Below, one piece after another: positions 13,323 through 29,924 of a DNA stretch of 64,000 nucleotides. This DNA is from Nitrospirales bacterium. Lineage in GTDB: Bacteria; Nitrospirota; Nitrospiria; Nitrospirales; UBA8639. The stretch's first letter is position 1. Each line of letters starts with the position of its first letter. The position numbers and the translations under genes are program-made. The notes under the pieces were generated by a model. That model was not told where the DNA came from. It saw only the letters and a list, made by a program, of their open reading frames with translations, and did no database searches. Where the stretch lies: positions 2,624,001 to 2,688,000 of the forward strand of contig CBDBCZ010000018.1 in NCBI GenBank assembly GCA_965203295.1, read 5' to 3'.

Positions 13323-14899
13323 CTGCAGGCTATAGTTTACAAAGCTTTTGAGGCCGGAGGAGTGAGCCCCCTTAGCGCTTATTCACTGCACACCCATAAT
13401 ATTCATCTGGTCAGTGAGTTGTACGTATACCGGTATGTACATTCATGGTATTAACACTTGAGTAGCTGTGTTTAAACAGGAGTGCACTGGTTAGATGTAT
13501 ACATATTTATGTAATCATCATCATCATCAGGTAAGTACATTCCTGTTTACTTCTTTTTTCTCAATCTGGTAATTTTTTTGTCAGGGCAGCTATAGAATTA
13601 ACCGCATCATTGTAGGGCATGTGTATAGTATGTGTATGCTCCATTTTGTAAGAAGATATGTGCAGACTCACAGTAATACATTTACAAACACCATTAAATA
13701 CATACTGTAGTTAAATTGATAAGCTGAACAGTGAGTTAGTTTTAAAACGGCTACGTTTCAGTTCACTTAAAGTTGCTATCAATATCAATCTAATGGAGAG
13801 CTCATCTGCTTCACGTTCCCTAGCAGTGTTCGACCAGTCCTCGAGGACCCATACTTAGTAGATTAGATTGCAAACCATTCATTTACTTGTAGCACCTTGT
13901 ATTATACACGTAGCTAACTATTCTCACTTGTCATGCTATTGTCACTCAACCTGACGATGCACAGTAGCCTTCCTCATATAGTATGCACGTACAATTTCTC
14001 ACTCTGATGTTCACTCTCTTTTTTGCCTAGACCCTGTTCATCATTCTCCTTGGATCCAAGCCTTGTAGGCTCGCAGCGGAGCCTCTATGAAAATCACCGA
14101 TGCTCTCTAGTGAGTGCCAGTGAATACTCAGGGTCAGTGTAGTATAGGGTACACAGGCTGCCCCTACATTGCTTTGGATGTGAATTGCAGTTAAAAACTG
14201 AACAGCGGAGTAGCAGTTTGTGATAAGATTGCATTTGGGAGTTCAAAAGTACCATTGAATGGTCTTCCTATGCCCTAACCAAAGAATGTTTTCCAGAAAT
14301 GATAGATTGCAATCTTTCACTTTCCTACCCACAAATTTTGTAGTTGGGGCTTCTCCACAGTATTCTCCACAGCATCCCTGGAGTGTATAGCTTCATTACA
14401 AATTTCAGAGGATTTACTGGAGCATTTTGGGCTGTCTATTCTTCAACCATCACAGCTTCATGTTACTGCTATCTATGGTAGGTTACATGAAAATACAATG
14501 TATCATATGTACATTGATGTTTGCATGATGAAGGTTGCATTGAGAGAGGGTTATTTTATATGAAACATGCCACGCTCGAACGGTAAGCACTAAGTAGAGT
14601 AATGAAGTACACGTAACTCTCTCCCTGCTATGGGATACACATACATACGTATGCGCCCGTATAATATAGGGGAAAGTATGTACTGTATATATCTTGACAT
14701 CTAATATATAAAATGCATCAACATTGTCATTGAAATGTTAAGCTTCTGTGTAGACATCAAGCACGCTGTGTATGCCAGGCAGTTTTGCGCGATGAACCTA
14801 TATTATAATAGCCCCATACCTGCATGCTGGATTGCAGCTATGTAATTTACCTGAGTCTCTAACGTGCAGCAGGTCATCTACATCAAGTAGTTAATCCTT

Positions 14900-16200
14900 T
14901 TAAATTTGGTCCACCTGGAGCCAGATTTCGGAACAAGAACATGTGCCTGTATCAACCTCTTTAGAAAATACCGTAATAACACTCTTTTTATGTTAGATTT
15001 CAACCTCCATTTATTACAAAACCCCTGTACTACATTAATCAATGTTTGTAAGTCCTCAGCATTAGGAGTTAAACCTACAAAATCATCGGCAAACATTAGA
15101 CCCCCAACCTGAACATCCTTCTTAATATTAAATCCAATCACAGCCTTCTCAACCTCATCTAACAACTGATTAATAGAGTTAAATAAGATAGGTGACATAC
15201 TACAAATCTGTGCCACCCCCTGACCTATATCAGATATTTCTCTCTTCAGTAAAACAGCACTCTGTGTGATCATGTAAACTCTGTCAAGTACTTCTGAACA
15301 TTTAAAAAAAAAGCTTAAGTGTTCCTCATTCTATCTGGTATGATTTCATTGAGAGCAAAGATGCCATCAACATGACTCATTTTCTCTCTAAATCTTCATA
15401 AAGAGCTCTTTCTTTTTCTAATGTGATTACTATGCGATTGTTTAGAACAATTTTCCTCCCACATTCAATAATGTAATGCCTCTGTAATTACCCGGGCCCT
15501 CAGTATCACCTTTCTTATACAAGCTAAAAATTAACACTTGTCCTCTTTGTTTTGGAACAGTCTCCACTGTACAAACTACTTCAGATTAGACTTTCAACAG
15601 ACTAATGACAAGCCGATCATTACCTCCTGCATTATTATTCTTTAAGGTTTTAGTTAAATTTCTGCAAAACTAATTCCACTGTCCAAAACCTTAACCTTCC
15701 GTAATCGAGACATATATTATTCTGTCACTTTCTGCCCTACATACTCTTTCCAGCTACCATCAAACTGAACATCTGCAGATGCTGTAGACAGTCTTTAATA
15801 ATGCTCACATAATACTCCCTTGGTACTGGTTACACATGAACCCTCAAATAAGCAATATACCCTTTATACCCTTTGAAGATTCTGCCAACAAATGCCCAAG
15901 AACTCTTTCCTGTTTTCATGAAAATCTTTATTAGCCTTTTCAATCACTTCATTTCAACTATCTATACCAATTCCTTGATTTCCGAACATAGTTTGTAACA
16001 CTCTCCCCATTTATCTTCCCTGCTAATACTAATCTCCTTGTAAACCAGTCTCCTTATCATAATCTTCTCCTTAATCTCACCGTTCCACCACCTCACCGCT
16101 TTGCCACACATTATCGCCTTTTCTCCGATTTCCCTACCATCACAGATAAGCAGTAATTAATGCAACTGTTAGCTATGTCCTGTCTCTGGCACATTTTTAT
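14900..16200 (-). mobile_element. Degenerate non-LTR retrotransposon (LINE) ORF2 fragment, purine-rich family
   Basis: GVAQ..MSPILF and GGLMFADDFVG RT motifs in ORF 14878-15273; stops and frameshifts upstream; same family as 45050-48610. Confidence 0.85.
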
Positions 16201-16904
16201 GTAATGCATACCTAACTTTTAAATTGTATATTTGTGGGGGGGGGGGGGGAATCAAAAGTAGATAACTAGTCTTTGTCGTCTTGAAGACACGAGACTGTCA
16301 TTATTTTCAGTATAAGTCCATAAAGATCAGTGTTTCCTTTGAAAATACTGCTGCACAGCTTTGGAGGAAAGTTAAAAATACATATAAAATTGGTTTTGTA
16401 CATTTCATTGATTGGATAAAGTAATAGTACATCTGTGTAGTTTGAGCAGTGGTTGAAAGTTTTGTTCCCTTGGTTCAATAGTTGTTGGGTTCATGGTTCG
16501 AAAATCAGGCTCTATCTGCACAAATTCTATTGCTGGTTAGGCCACACGTTTCTGAAGATATTTCAAAGAGGAGTAAAGGCATGAATGGCTGCAATCATGT
16601 ACAGATAGAGAGCAGGACCAATAAGGATTTACTGCTTATGTACCTCATTGTGTTAAGCAAGCATAAAAGTCTCTGGAATGAACAGTGACTATGGTGACAG
16701 CTAGTGCATTAGGTCTCTGCGATATGTGGCATGCATATAGAGCTTGTAATAGAGTCTTGAGCTGATCCGATTCACTTGGTAGAGACAATGATGGCCAAGT
16801 GTTCATGTTATTCTTCGTAACATCACCGGCTTCATACACTGTTTTACCACCCAGGGTAGGAAGCCAGAAGGCAAAGTTACGTCAGAAAAGTACCAGGCTG
16901 TACA

Positions 16905-18160
16905 AGAAGAGAGTAAGTCACAGTGTTACTGCATGAGCCTGTCAGTGCTTTCAAAAACAATAATCATCGATCCTGCTAATACTGCATAAGTTGTTTTATA
17001 CATACTGAGCTCTGGCATTCAGATTCTACAAATAGGCTATGCATGCGTATTAGAGTGTACTAGTCAGATTTGTACCGAGGCGTTATTGGCTCTATTATAT
17101 TGTTTCTGTAACTGCATCTACAAGGGTGATTACAATGTCATGTTGACTATTGTATAATGTTTATACTGCCGTGCAGGTAGTGAGTTCACACACATCACAA
17201 GCAGTGGCTGGAGCTCAACAGTATCCGAGCACCCAAATGAAAATTTACAAGCTCTACCGGAGAGTGCATCAGTGGTGATTTCAAATGCAGATACCTTGGA
17301 CAACAGTATAAAGATTGATTTAGAAGCAGGAAGTCAAGATTCAAGTGGACGAGACTTTCTCTTCGTGACTATTTACATGTGATGAAGCTGTCGTCACACG
17401 TTGAACTGTTCTTTTTTTATTTCATGTGAGTATGCCACATTTGTGCTGCATATACTTGCATGACATTGTAGAAGTCTTATTTCAGATTTTGTACAATGTT
17501 TATCCTGCATGCTATTGCTGATAATTATTGTATTATTATTTTATTACTCCTTTTGGGGCGAGCGTGAATTACTATTTTTTTTGTATCACTCCTTTTATGG
17601 CGAGTTTTTATTTATTTTTTTATACTATATACTCTTTTTGGGACGAGCGTGATTATTTCTTTTGTATTACTACATGTAGTAATTTCCCTCTTGAAACGAG
17701 CGCGAGCGAGCCCCCCCCCCCCCCCCCCCCCGTCCGTGCGCGTGGACTATTCCGTAAAAGCGTTAGCATGCCTATTTCAAATACTGTTGTCACGCGTTTC
17801 AACTGCTTTACTCTTTTAATCCTCTGTAACATGAGTGTGCACTCTGGAGAGAGAGAATGAGTGACTTGGGTAGACAGCGCTGCAAAGGTGGAGTGCGGCC
17901 GAAACCCCTGTGGAGAAGACAGAAGGCTACAGAACGAGCGAGCACGGCGAAGGCGGAGACTGTTGGGTGAGTCAGCTGAACGCGGCTAAGGAGGCCAACG
18001 ATCGAACGAACGCTTACATGTACGCAGGCGAAAACGCAGGGCAGCAGCGCAAGGGCAGAGGATGATGACTGAGTCCCGCGATGCCATGAACATTGGTAGC
18101 TGAAGGAGAAAGTGGCATGTCTCCTGTGCAGAGTAGTCCCTCTCTGCAGTGGTGTTAAAC
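16905..18160 (+). repeat. Left arm of a large inverted duplication (partner 19788-21275)
   Basis: Reverse-complement match over >1 kb, e.g. gagtaagtcacagtgttactgcatgagcctgtcagtgc vs gcactgacaggctcatgcagtaacactgtgacttactc. Confidence 0.9.
17177..17382 (+). other. Possible terminal coding exon of an unknown gene (SEFTHITSSGWSS...RDFLFVTIYM*), duplicated in inverted form at ~20825-21030
   Basis: gtgcag acceptor followed by ~67 open codons to TGA; no family recognised. Confidence 0.35.
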
Positions 18161-18587
18161 GTTTATCATGCTGGAGCTATCAGAAGTAATCTGCAATGTG
18201 ACACTGTGCCTATTGTATATACATAATGAACTAACCTGGATTCAAACATGAGATCATAGAAGAAATTGTGTGTTCGTGATACGCCAGACCGTATTAGCCA
18301 ATCTTAACTTGTCGACATTGCACATGCAAGATGAAGACGTCACTGAAACTTCCCTCCTATCTGCCCCTCCGTTTACTTTGACGTACAGCCTCACTGGCAT
18401 TCACAGGCATTAAGTACAAACCACACTTCTCAACTATATCCCTCCATATAACAATGATGATCATATCAAAGTCAGTTATGCATGATGAACTCGCTTATAC
18501 GCTCGCCCCACAGTGCTCTGCATCATAGATAATAGAGATAGATAATAGATGATAATACTCTATTATCTATGTCTGCATTCACCTAGT
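17690..18587 (+). mobile_element. Non-autonomous Helitron/Helentron-like element carrying a Rep/Hel fragment (18063-18160, minus)
   Basis: 5' gagcgcgagcgagcc and 3' ctcgc..cgctcgccccacagtgc..attcacCTAGT; internal minus-strand NTTAERDYSAQETCHFLLQLPMFMASRD. Confidence 0.7.
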
Positions 18588-18676
18588 AGATAATATCTAT
18601 GCGCCCACACAGTTCTGAATACTGTGCGTATGCGTACAGGTACAGGTCTAGACAGCCCCACCCCCATTCATTCACA

Positions 18677-18990
18677 ATGAATGCGTTTGTGCGCCGTCAT
18701 GGACAAAGCCTCGCTGAAGCGTCGGGAATCTTCGTCAGGGAGGGGTGGAGAGAATTTCAAACTTGCTGGCCACTCATACAACGGGAGAATAAAGCTATCT
18801 CAGGCCATGTAAGATTGTACTCGCTAATATGTACCCGTTCTGTACTGTAATTTGGTCAGCCAGGGTACGTAGCTAGCCCCCGTACAGTCTGGCTCGCGAG
18901 ATTAGCTCCCGTGTCGGTACAGAGGTTTGCAAAAGCTTGCAAGTGACTGTGCAGAGTAGAAACCAGAAAGCTTGCCCTGCTCAGTAATGA
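18677..18990 (+). repeat. Chimeric exon/intron fragment, inverted paralogue of 35778-36071
   Basis: Clear reverse-complement similarity; exon MNAFVRRHGQSLAEASGIFVREGWREFQTCWPLIQRENKAISGH followed by gtaag. Confidence 0.8.
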
Positions 18991-19439
18991 GCCTTTCACC
19001 TGTAGCGTTAGAGTAAGCTTAGGCCTTGTATTTTTTCGAGTGCAAACCTCTGTAGACCTACAAAATAAAGTAGCTAGTCTTTGACACATTTTTTGCTGTT
19101 AGACGTTAAGTGATAGCCATTGACATTGAAAGTCTTTGACATAAAGTCTTGCACTGTAAATTAGATTCCCTGACCATAGTAGAGTAGAATAGTAGTATAC
19201 AAATAGTACAAAATGTGCAATATTATGTGTTAATTGAGTTTCCAATCCCTGTCCTTCTACTCTACTGTCTATGCCCTGATAATGTTTGGTGGGGGTCTCT
19301 ATCACAACTGCTATAACATAGTGTAACAGTTATTGCCTTGTACAACTAACTGTGGTTGCTAAGTATGCATATGTATCTATAGCATCATGTAAACCTATTT
19401 CTTCCATGTAATAAAGAGCACAATTAAGGCAGCAACCAT

Positions 19440-19700
19440 TACCAAACAGTCAAGGAAAAGGCCTTCACAGATCGGAATCGATGATTTTGGAGGTGCCAAA
19501 AACATCGAGTGTTATGAAAGAAAGGTGAGCTTAGCACTCCACTGTTTCTTACAGTGTTTAAGTGCTTGAAGGGCATCGCACTTTGCACATCTACCCAGCC
19601 GTTCAGTTGTGGGGGTGATTTGAAACTTGCAGACAAGGCAAGCTAAAAACGTGTCTAGTGACAGAACAGCTGCAACCTCGACACCAGTTAGCGGCCACCA
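19440..19700 (-). mobile_element. C4 zinc-ribbon/OB-fold (RPA70 C-terminal-like) gene relic, probably Helitron-borne
   Basis: EVAAVLSLDTFLACLVCKFQITPTTERLGRCAKCDALQ...SAKLTF (CxxC-x12-CxxC), abutting a Helitron Rep fragment. Confidence 0.5.
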
Positions 19701-19787
19701 ATTTATGCGAGCCACGGTCACAGGATGTGTATGCTGCTGTTGTGAATGATGATGACAAGTCGTTGAAGGCAGTTCAGAAGCTACTGA

Positions 19788-21275
<1,488 letters not shown>

Positions 21276-21279
21276 AAGG

Positions 21280-21630
21280 TAATAAATAGTGGAAAGAAAA
21301 AATCTACATAGGTTTTTGGTAATAGTAATATCAGTACAGTTGCAAGATGGATAATTATGTTAGTTCCAGTACTTCACCCTCCTTTAGAATAGGGTAGTAA
21401 AGTGTGGGCTTGTAGTACATGGCAGACAGCTTCCTTGGAATTTATTCAGCTAGGAGCAGCTAAAAATATACTTGGCTGCTCTTCTAAAACGTGTAATGAA
21501 GCAGTATGGGGTTAGAATCTTTTGAAAGGCAGGAGGCATAGGTGCAGACTTAAGTGGTGCTATAAAGTCAGTAATTTGCATGATAAGAAATATCCTAGCT
21601 TACTAGACAGTGAGTGGTAAGAGAAATCGT
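21280..21630 (+). mobile_element. Old purine-rich LINE, 3' ORF2 fragment interrupted by the young LINE; continues at 23268-23360, with an inverted piece at ~23400-23560 and its 3' end at ~23660-23890
   Basis: Aligns to 46430-46790 and 47090-47480; the CCHC segment (ESVVHVLWEC) is on the minus strand at 23420-23480. Confidence 0.8.
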
Positions 21631-23268
21631 GCACACCTTCTCCTTAATCTCCCTTCCGACACTTCCACTGGTCCTGATGGTATTTCCGCTCGAATGCTTA
21701 AACTTTCTGCTTCCTCCATTGCTGCCCCTCTTACTCTCATCTTTAACCAATCCATTTCTTCTGGTATCTTTCCTTCTGACTGGAAAAACTCTAACATTGT
21801 CCCTATTCCCAAGTCTAAATCCCCTTCTTCTTCTCCCTCTGACTATCGTCCTATTTCTCTTCTTCCAATAATCAGCAAAGTCCTCGAACGCCATGTTTTT
21901 AATTATCTTCATAATTTCTGTACTGTAAATCAAATTCTTAGTGATTTTCAATTTGGTTTCCGCCCTGGTCGCTCTACAGAATCCGCTCTTCTTTCGGCTA
22001 CTCATTTCTGGCTATCTTCTCTCGATTCCCACAATTCTATCTGTGCAGTGTTCTTTGACTTGCGTAAAGCTTTTGATTCTGTCCCTCATCTACCTCTTAT
22101 GAATACTCTTTCTTCAATTGGCCTCTGTTCTCACCTTACCTCCTGGATACAAAGCTATTTATGTAATCGTTGTCAACAAGTTGTTCTTAATGGCTCTTCT
22201 TCACACAAATCGCATGCTTTTTCTGGCGTACCCCAAGGTTCTATATTAGGTCCTCTCCTTTTTATCTTATACATCAATAGTTTATCTGACATCCCACTTT
22301 CTCCTTCCTCTAATCTCATTCTGTATGCTGACGACATTCTTTATTCCCGTATCTGCAATTCTCCTTCTGACATTTCTCTTATCCAGTCTGATGTTAATTG
22401 TATCTCTACTTGGATTTCTTCTCACCATCTTACTATAAATTCTTCCAAAACTAAATACATGTTTCTTTCATTTAAGCCCTCATCTTTTTTTTCCACCTTC
22501 CCATCCCTATATCTCAACGGTTCTCCGCTTGAGCTAGTTTCTTCTTTCAAATACTTAGGTGTTCTAATCTCTTCCAACCTTTCTTGGTCTCCTCATATTC
22601 TCTCTATATGTCGTAAATCTAGGCAACTTATAGGTATTCTTTATCGCCTCTTCTACCGTCACTCCAGCCCCTCATCTCTTTTTAAACTTTATTCTACTCT
22701 TGTTCGCCCTCACCTTGAATACTGCTCTTCTGTCTGGGACCCCTCCTCTTCTGCTTCTATTTCCAGAATCGAAAATATTCAGCACTTTGCTCTAAAGCTT
22801 TGTTCTAAAAACTGGTCTTCTAACTATCCCTCCCTTCTGCAACTTTTTAACTGTCCTTTACTTTCTTCTCGCCGTACAAACTCTAAACTTATTTCTCTTT
22901 TCAAAATCCTCCACGGCCACATGTTTTTCCCATCTAACTCCTTCCAGCCCCTTTATCGTTCTTCCAGGCTCACTCGCTCTTTTCACTCTCGTAATCTTTC
23001 TGTCCCTCATTCACGCACTTCCGCCTATCTCTCCTCATTTGTGCCTACCTCCTGCCGTCTGTGGAACGCCCTCCCATCTTCCCTTAAAGACTGTGACTCT
23101 TTAGGTTCTTTTAAGTCTAATCTGTATTTAATTTCATTCTAGATTTATTATATTACTTGTGTCTTATATTATATATATTATTTATTTGCCCTTTGTATTA
23201 GCAATTGCTATTGGGCATTTTATTGACCTATAAAAAAAAAAAAGAAAAAAAAAAAAAGAAAAAAAAAA
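21631..23268 (+). mobile_element. Young 5'-truncated LINE (CR1/L2-group-like): intact RT region to stop at 23142, short 3'UTR, poly(A) tail 23232-23268
   Basis: ~500 uninterrupted codons with YRPISLL, QFGFRPGRST, FFDLRKAFDSVPH, GVPQGSILGPLLF, YADD, YLGV, RPHLEYCSSVW; no endonuclease domain or ORF1. Confidence 0.95.
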
Positions 23269-23954
23269 GGAAGACCTGGAAGAGAGTAGGTAGTAAATTG
23301 TTTCTGCAGTCAATGAATCAAGAGAGTCAGGATATATTCGCTGAAGAGTACAAACTATTGACCGTATCTAAGCTCCCCCCTAAAAATCGTCTAATTCTCT
23401 CACAAAAATATTTCTAATGGTAGACACTCCCAGAGCACATGTACTACACTCCCACATTGCACCCCACATAACTTACACTGCCTCATCACCTAACTCTTTA
23501 TTCAGACCATAAGTACCTGAACCTAAATTAAACATCAATCATGTTCCTGGATCCCCAACCCCTGCAAGTAATTCTATTTTTTTTTAAAAGACTTGTACAG
23601 CCTCAGCTTATCAGTATTTATATCTTAACACTTCATCTACTCTCTCTAGGAACAAATTTACATTTGAGAGAACAGGCTTTGTTTTAGGGTGTGAGAACTG
23701 CGACAGGTATGATTTTAGGGGTGTATTAAGAGTAGTTATTGATCAGGGATACTAGGAAGAATAAATTATGTTGTGATCAAAATAATGAAACATCTGTTTG
23801 TTCTTGCTGTTGTCCTCGGACTGCAGATCTTACAACTGTGTATGTGTGTGCGTGGTCAATGGCATACGCGCTACAACAGCGACACAAGTAAATTACAACC
23901 TATCTGCATTGTATCAGCTGCAGTTGACGTGCCATTCTTGTGATATGTACAAAC

Positions 23955-25294
23955 CTGTGAAACAGTGTATCCCTTGCGGAAAGTACTGAAAGAAACAGAG
24001 CTACTCTTTCGAGTAGACCTAAAGGTAGAGCTGGCTTTACAGCTCGGGTACTGTGCCATACCTGAGAGAAGAGAGAGCAGGAATATTAAGCATGGACAAA
24101 CCTGTCAGATCTGACAATAAAGGAGCAGGCACACATAAAAGGTACCCCTCTTGTTGTCTAGATGTTTTCACTCAAGAGCTCTACCATAATTTTGTTCATG
24201 GCTAGGAATGATGATGACTCCTTGTATTTACTATGTAAGGTACATGTAGGTGGTACCACATCATTGAACACATTACTTACAACTGCTTGCTAAACCTTAG
24301 TCATCAATGTTTATAGGGGTGAGGATGTTACGAAACTAGATTGCACCATTGCATATCTTCAGTTTGAACACATACAAAACCCACCTTTTCACTTAGAACA
24401 TGAAACAGGAAAATGCAAAATGTTGTCATTCGAAGTTCATGAGGAAGCCTTAGAAATTATAAAACCTTCTGTGACTTCTTGAAGGCAGAGGTTAAGTGAA
24501 TCTATTGGCAAAGTAAAGATTAACAGCTACGTAGCTTGGCCTAAGCTGAGTTGTGTGTATTGTATGGGAAAGGTGTCCGGCTGTTTTTTTAGGCATGAAA
24601 TGTCAGACTTGTTTTTCTAAATAATAGGAATAGGGTAGCCATAAAGTACAGAGTAAAAATTTAACCATGGATAATATAGACACGTAAACGTGTCTATGAT
24701 TTAACTCCCAAGTTTAGAGAAATAGTGACTCTAAAGTATTTTTGATCTCACTTAACCTGTGAAGCTTATGTGTCGTGTGACATAGTTAATCGCAAGCGGC
24801 ATGAAACTGCCACCACGAACTGTCTGACAACGACAATATGGCCATGCATTCACAGATTTGTAGCGACCCAGTTCATTAAAGCCTATGAGCAAGTTCAGTA
24901 TACACGCTATCTACGTACATGCAGCACCAAATTTTGCAGGTCTATGAATTACTTAGTTCAATACCACAGATGTTTTGAGAGCACAATTAAAGATTGTGCC
25001 ATAATTTTAATTTACATGTGTAATACTATTTACGTAAACATATCAATATTATACTCTTGTTCAATTAATATTGTGCGTGAATTTAACAGGGTGTGTCCAA
25101 TCAGCCATTAATTGACTGGTCTCCCTGGAAGTTCTGCATGGAATTCAACAATACCCAATAAAATACTATGGCACTGATTCTGTGGTCCCTACTAATAAGG
25201 AGTTCATAATTTTACGGTAATACCACACTCACCTCCATACTCTCCAAGTTCCTGTGTCCTTCCGCTCTTTTGATCTTTCAGTGATGGGGATGCA
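23955..25294 (-). other. Two phase-compatible exons of an unidentified gene (ASPSLKDQKSGRTQELGEYG at ~25233-25294; GMAQYPSCKASSTFRSTRKSSSVSFSTFRKGYTVSQ at ~23955-24061)
   Basis: Good ctag/GTGAGT and ctctcag/GTTTGT splice sites; phase-1 junction. Confidence 0.45.
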
Positions 25295-25316
25295 GCTAGC
25301 CTAGAGTTCTGAGATG

Positions 25317-25346
25317 TAGTCTCGCGGGCCAGACTTTGCGAGACTA
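25317..25346. mobile_element. 30-bp minimal MITE (TAGTCTCGC...GCGAGACTA)
   Basis: TIRs flanked by an imperfect 9-bp TSD tctgagatg/cttgagatg. Confidence 0.65.
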
Positions 25347-25769
25347 CTTGAGATGGGGCAGTGTCCGTTTAATACAGCCATGCATAGCTGCGGGGCCCCG
25401 AGATCTAGATCGGGGTCTAGAAATCAAGTGCCAGGTGCGGATCCGCGGTTCGGAAATTGCTAGCGAAGCCATGCTGCTGCGAGAGTACAACTCCAACCTC
25501 AACGCGAGATATCACCATGCTTTGTTCTGACACCGTGCCCTGGGGGGCTAGTCGTATTGCATGCTGGCAGCTAAAAGGAAGCCTTGTCTTCGATGCGCTG
25601 AAAACGGAGCAAGGTATGAGCATGCTCTATAATTTATCTATTAGTACACTACGCAATAAGATAAGAATGCAAAATAGGTTACGCACAGCCATTGCCTATT
25701 CGCTGTACTTGTACAGGTATCTTGCAACATGCACTTGCAAGGCCTCTAGACCACACGTGTTCAGGTATT

Positions 25770-26178
25770 GGGCTATTCCATTTTATACCCGTACACCCCC
25801 TATGGATGACAAAATTTCACAAAGTGGTTTTGTCCAGGGTACCAACGAGACATTTGTCCGGGGGTTCTTTTTAAATATTGGGATGTGTCCAGGGGTCAAA
25901 ATCGCCACGTCCAGGGGGTGCTATACAGAAAAAAGTGTGTCTAGGGGGTTCAGCGAATAGTAACACCATTTCATTCTTCTTGTCCAAGGGTTCACTGTGA
26001 AATCCAAGTTGTCCAGGGGTAAGAAATTATTATGTCCAGGGGTAACATCAAAAACCATACGCGTCCAGAGGTCAAAATCTCAGTATCGGGGGCAAAATTA
26101 TAGAAAAATCTTGTCCAGGGGACAAAAGGCGAAAGTTGTCATCCATAGGTGGTGTACAGTTATAAAATGGAATAGCCC
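25770..26178. mobile_element. MITE with ~40-bp TIRs (GGGCTATTCCATTTTATA...), PIF/Harbinger-like
   Basis: gggctattccattttata..cctatggatgac / gtcatccatagg..tataaaatggaatagccc; 3-bp ATT on both sides; repeated internal gtccagggg motif. Confidence 0.85.
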
Positions 26179-26628
26179 ATTCAGCAAACAGCATAATGAA
26201 TGTGATTAAGCTTATCAGTAGCCACTTCAGTTTGTATGACTGAGCTGGCTCTTAAAAAAACTTGCGTGGAGGTGTCTAAGTGATTTAGAAACCTTGCTTT
26301 GTCCGACCAGATTGTAGGATGTGCAGATACTGATTGAAATGGTAACTTATTTCAGACAAAGTTTACTTCAGTGGTGCATGTAAGTCATAGACAGTGAGTA
26401 GGACTGCATTTTTATCATAGACATAGCATTAATGCGTAGTTACTTTGATCTTAGGATGACATTCTCTGACCTAAATTTATTCCTACACGTACTAAAAAAA
26501 TGCATACCATTCACTTCAGCAGTATTACAATGTGAGCATTTACATACACATGCACATACGTGCCTGACAACAATAATAATGCGCAAAAGTACTACGTGTT
26601 CAGCTGCTTGCTATAAATAGGTACTCAC

Positions 26629-28584
<1,956 letters not shown>

Positions 28585-29924
28585 ATTCTCTCGTGGGTAG
28601 GTGCTGGGTGGGGCTATAAACGTGGGCAGAATAGATCTACTCAACTAGCCCCACCCATCATGCCCATTGTGACAGTTTATCGCAACGCCAGCCTAGTAGG
28701 CTATCTAGGATATTATCTCCGAAAAACTGCCTACTATTCTATTCCCTCTTTCCAATTTTTTACCCATTATTGTTTCCCACTTTCTTGTCAGAAACGTTCA
28801 CGACGAGCAGAAACGCCCCCGGAATTCAAGCACAATGATTGAACATTCAAATTTCAAAGGCATTGAAAATATAGTGTATGTGTTTGGTCATGATCAGAAA
28901 CGCTTACACAGAGCAGAAACGTTCCCTAAACTCAAACAATTATTAGCATAATTATAATACTATTGAAAATGTTAACAAAGAACAGACTAGTGGAACAACA
29001 CGCTCAGCTTCGGCAGAAAATGGCTGAATCAATCAAATGAATGAAGTTATTATAGCTACAGCTGTTCTCCTTTGACATCACATTCTATAGCTTGACTTTG
29101 TTTACTGGGTGGTAGTTTTATTATAGGTCGCTATACGCGCGCTTAAAGTGCTAGATTGCGTATGGGGCGGTATTTGTCTATTGGTGGATCGTTAAAATCA
29201 AGGGGGCGCTATTAATCAGCGCCTACGGTATCCTTCCAATTGTTCCAGAATTAATTTTTGGTATTTTGGCTTCCAAATTACTCCAGAAATAATTTCCTCA
29301 GGCCTAAGGCTATCACAATGAAAAGGTCATGGGCTCAATTCCGTTTAGAAACTTCATTTCCCCCCCTCCGAGACCGTAAAGGGTGCGAACGTACATAAAT
29401 AGCTGCTAAGCAGTAGTGCAGTGTCCTGTCTTGAAACAGTGGTCACGGGTGTAAGCTGATAACTATGCTTCAGTACTTGTATGTAACTCCTTGTTTACAA
29501 GTTCATGATAGCTACCATGTAGACTGTAAACTCTGAGTAACCTTACAAAGAGTGTTGACACCCTCATTAGTGATCTGGCAACTACAAAGTACAAACTCAC
29601 GTCTGCAATTTAGGCTTGTTGCCAATAGTATTAAACGCCTTTGCGAATTTTGTTAAGGTAATTGCCGAGCGCCTTAGCGCGAGGCAACTAATCCTGCATC
29701 GTATCTCAGCAAGCGTTTGTACATATATATAATATTATATACATATTTGTACCGTAATGCGCCTCTACATGAAAGGCACCGCCCAGGATATATCACCCAT
29801 ACACCCTAGCCATTTGAACTGTCAATATACCCTAGGGTATATAGTTGCCAGACAACTAATGCTTCTCCATTAGCGCTTGTCATAACTAACAGCGTTTGTA
29901 ATTGTATTATGGTACAAGTCACCT

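Noticed and set aside
13745..13970. Scattered hammerhead-like words (acgtttc, ctgacgatg)
   Set aside because: They lie on opposite strands and do not assemble into a core with stem II.
21610..21630. ORF-track start of the RT ORF
   Set aside because: The GTG start lies in the older host LINE; the young element is 5'-truncated and has no start of its own.
25800..26130. Spaced gtccagggg repeats resembling a CRISPR array
   Set aside because: The repeat is only ~9 bp, irregularly spaced, inside a TIR element, with no cas genes in a eukaryotic context.
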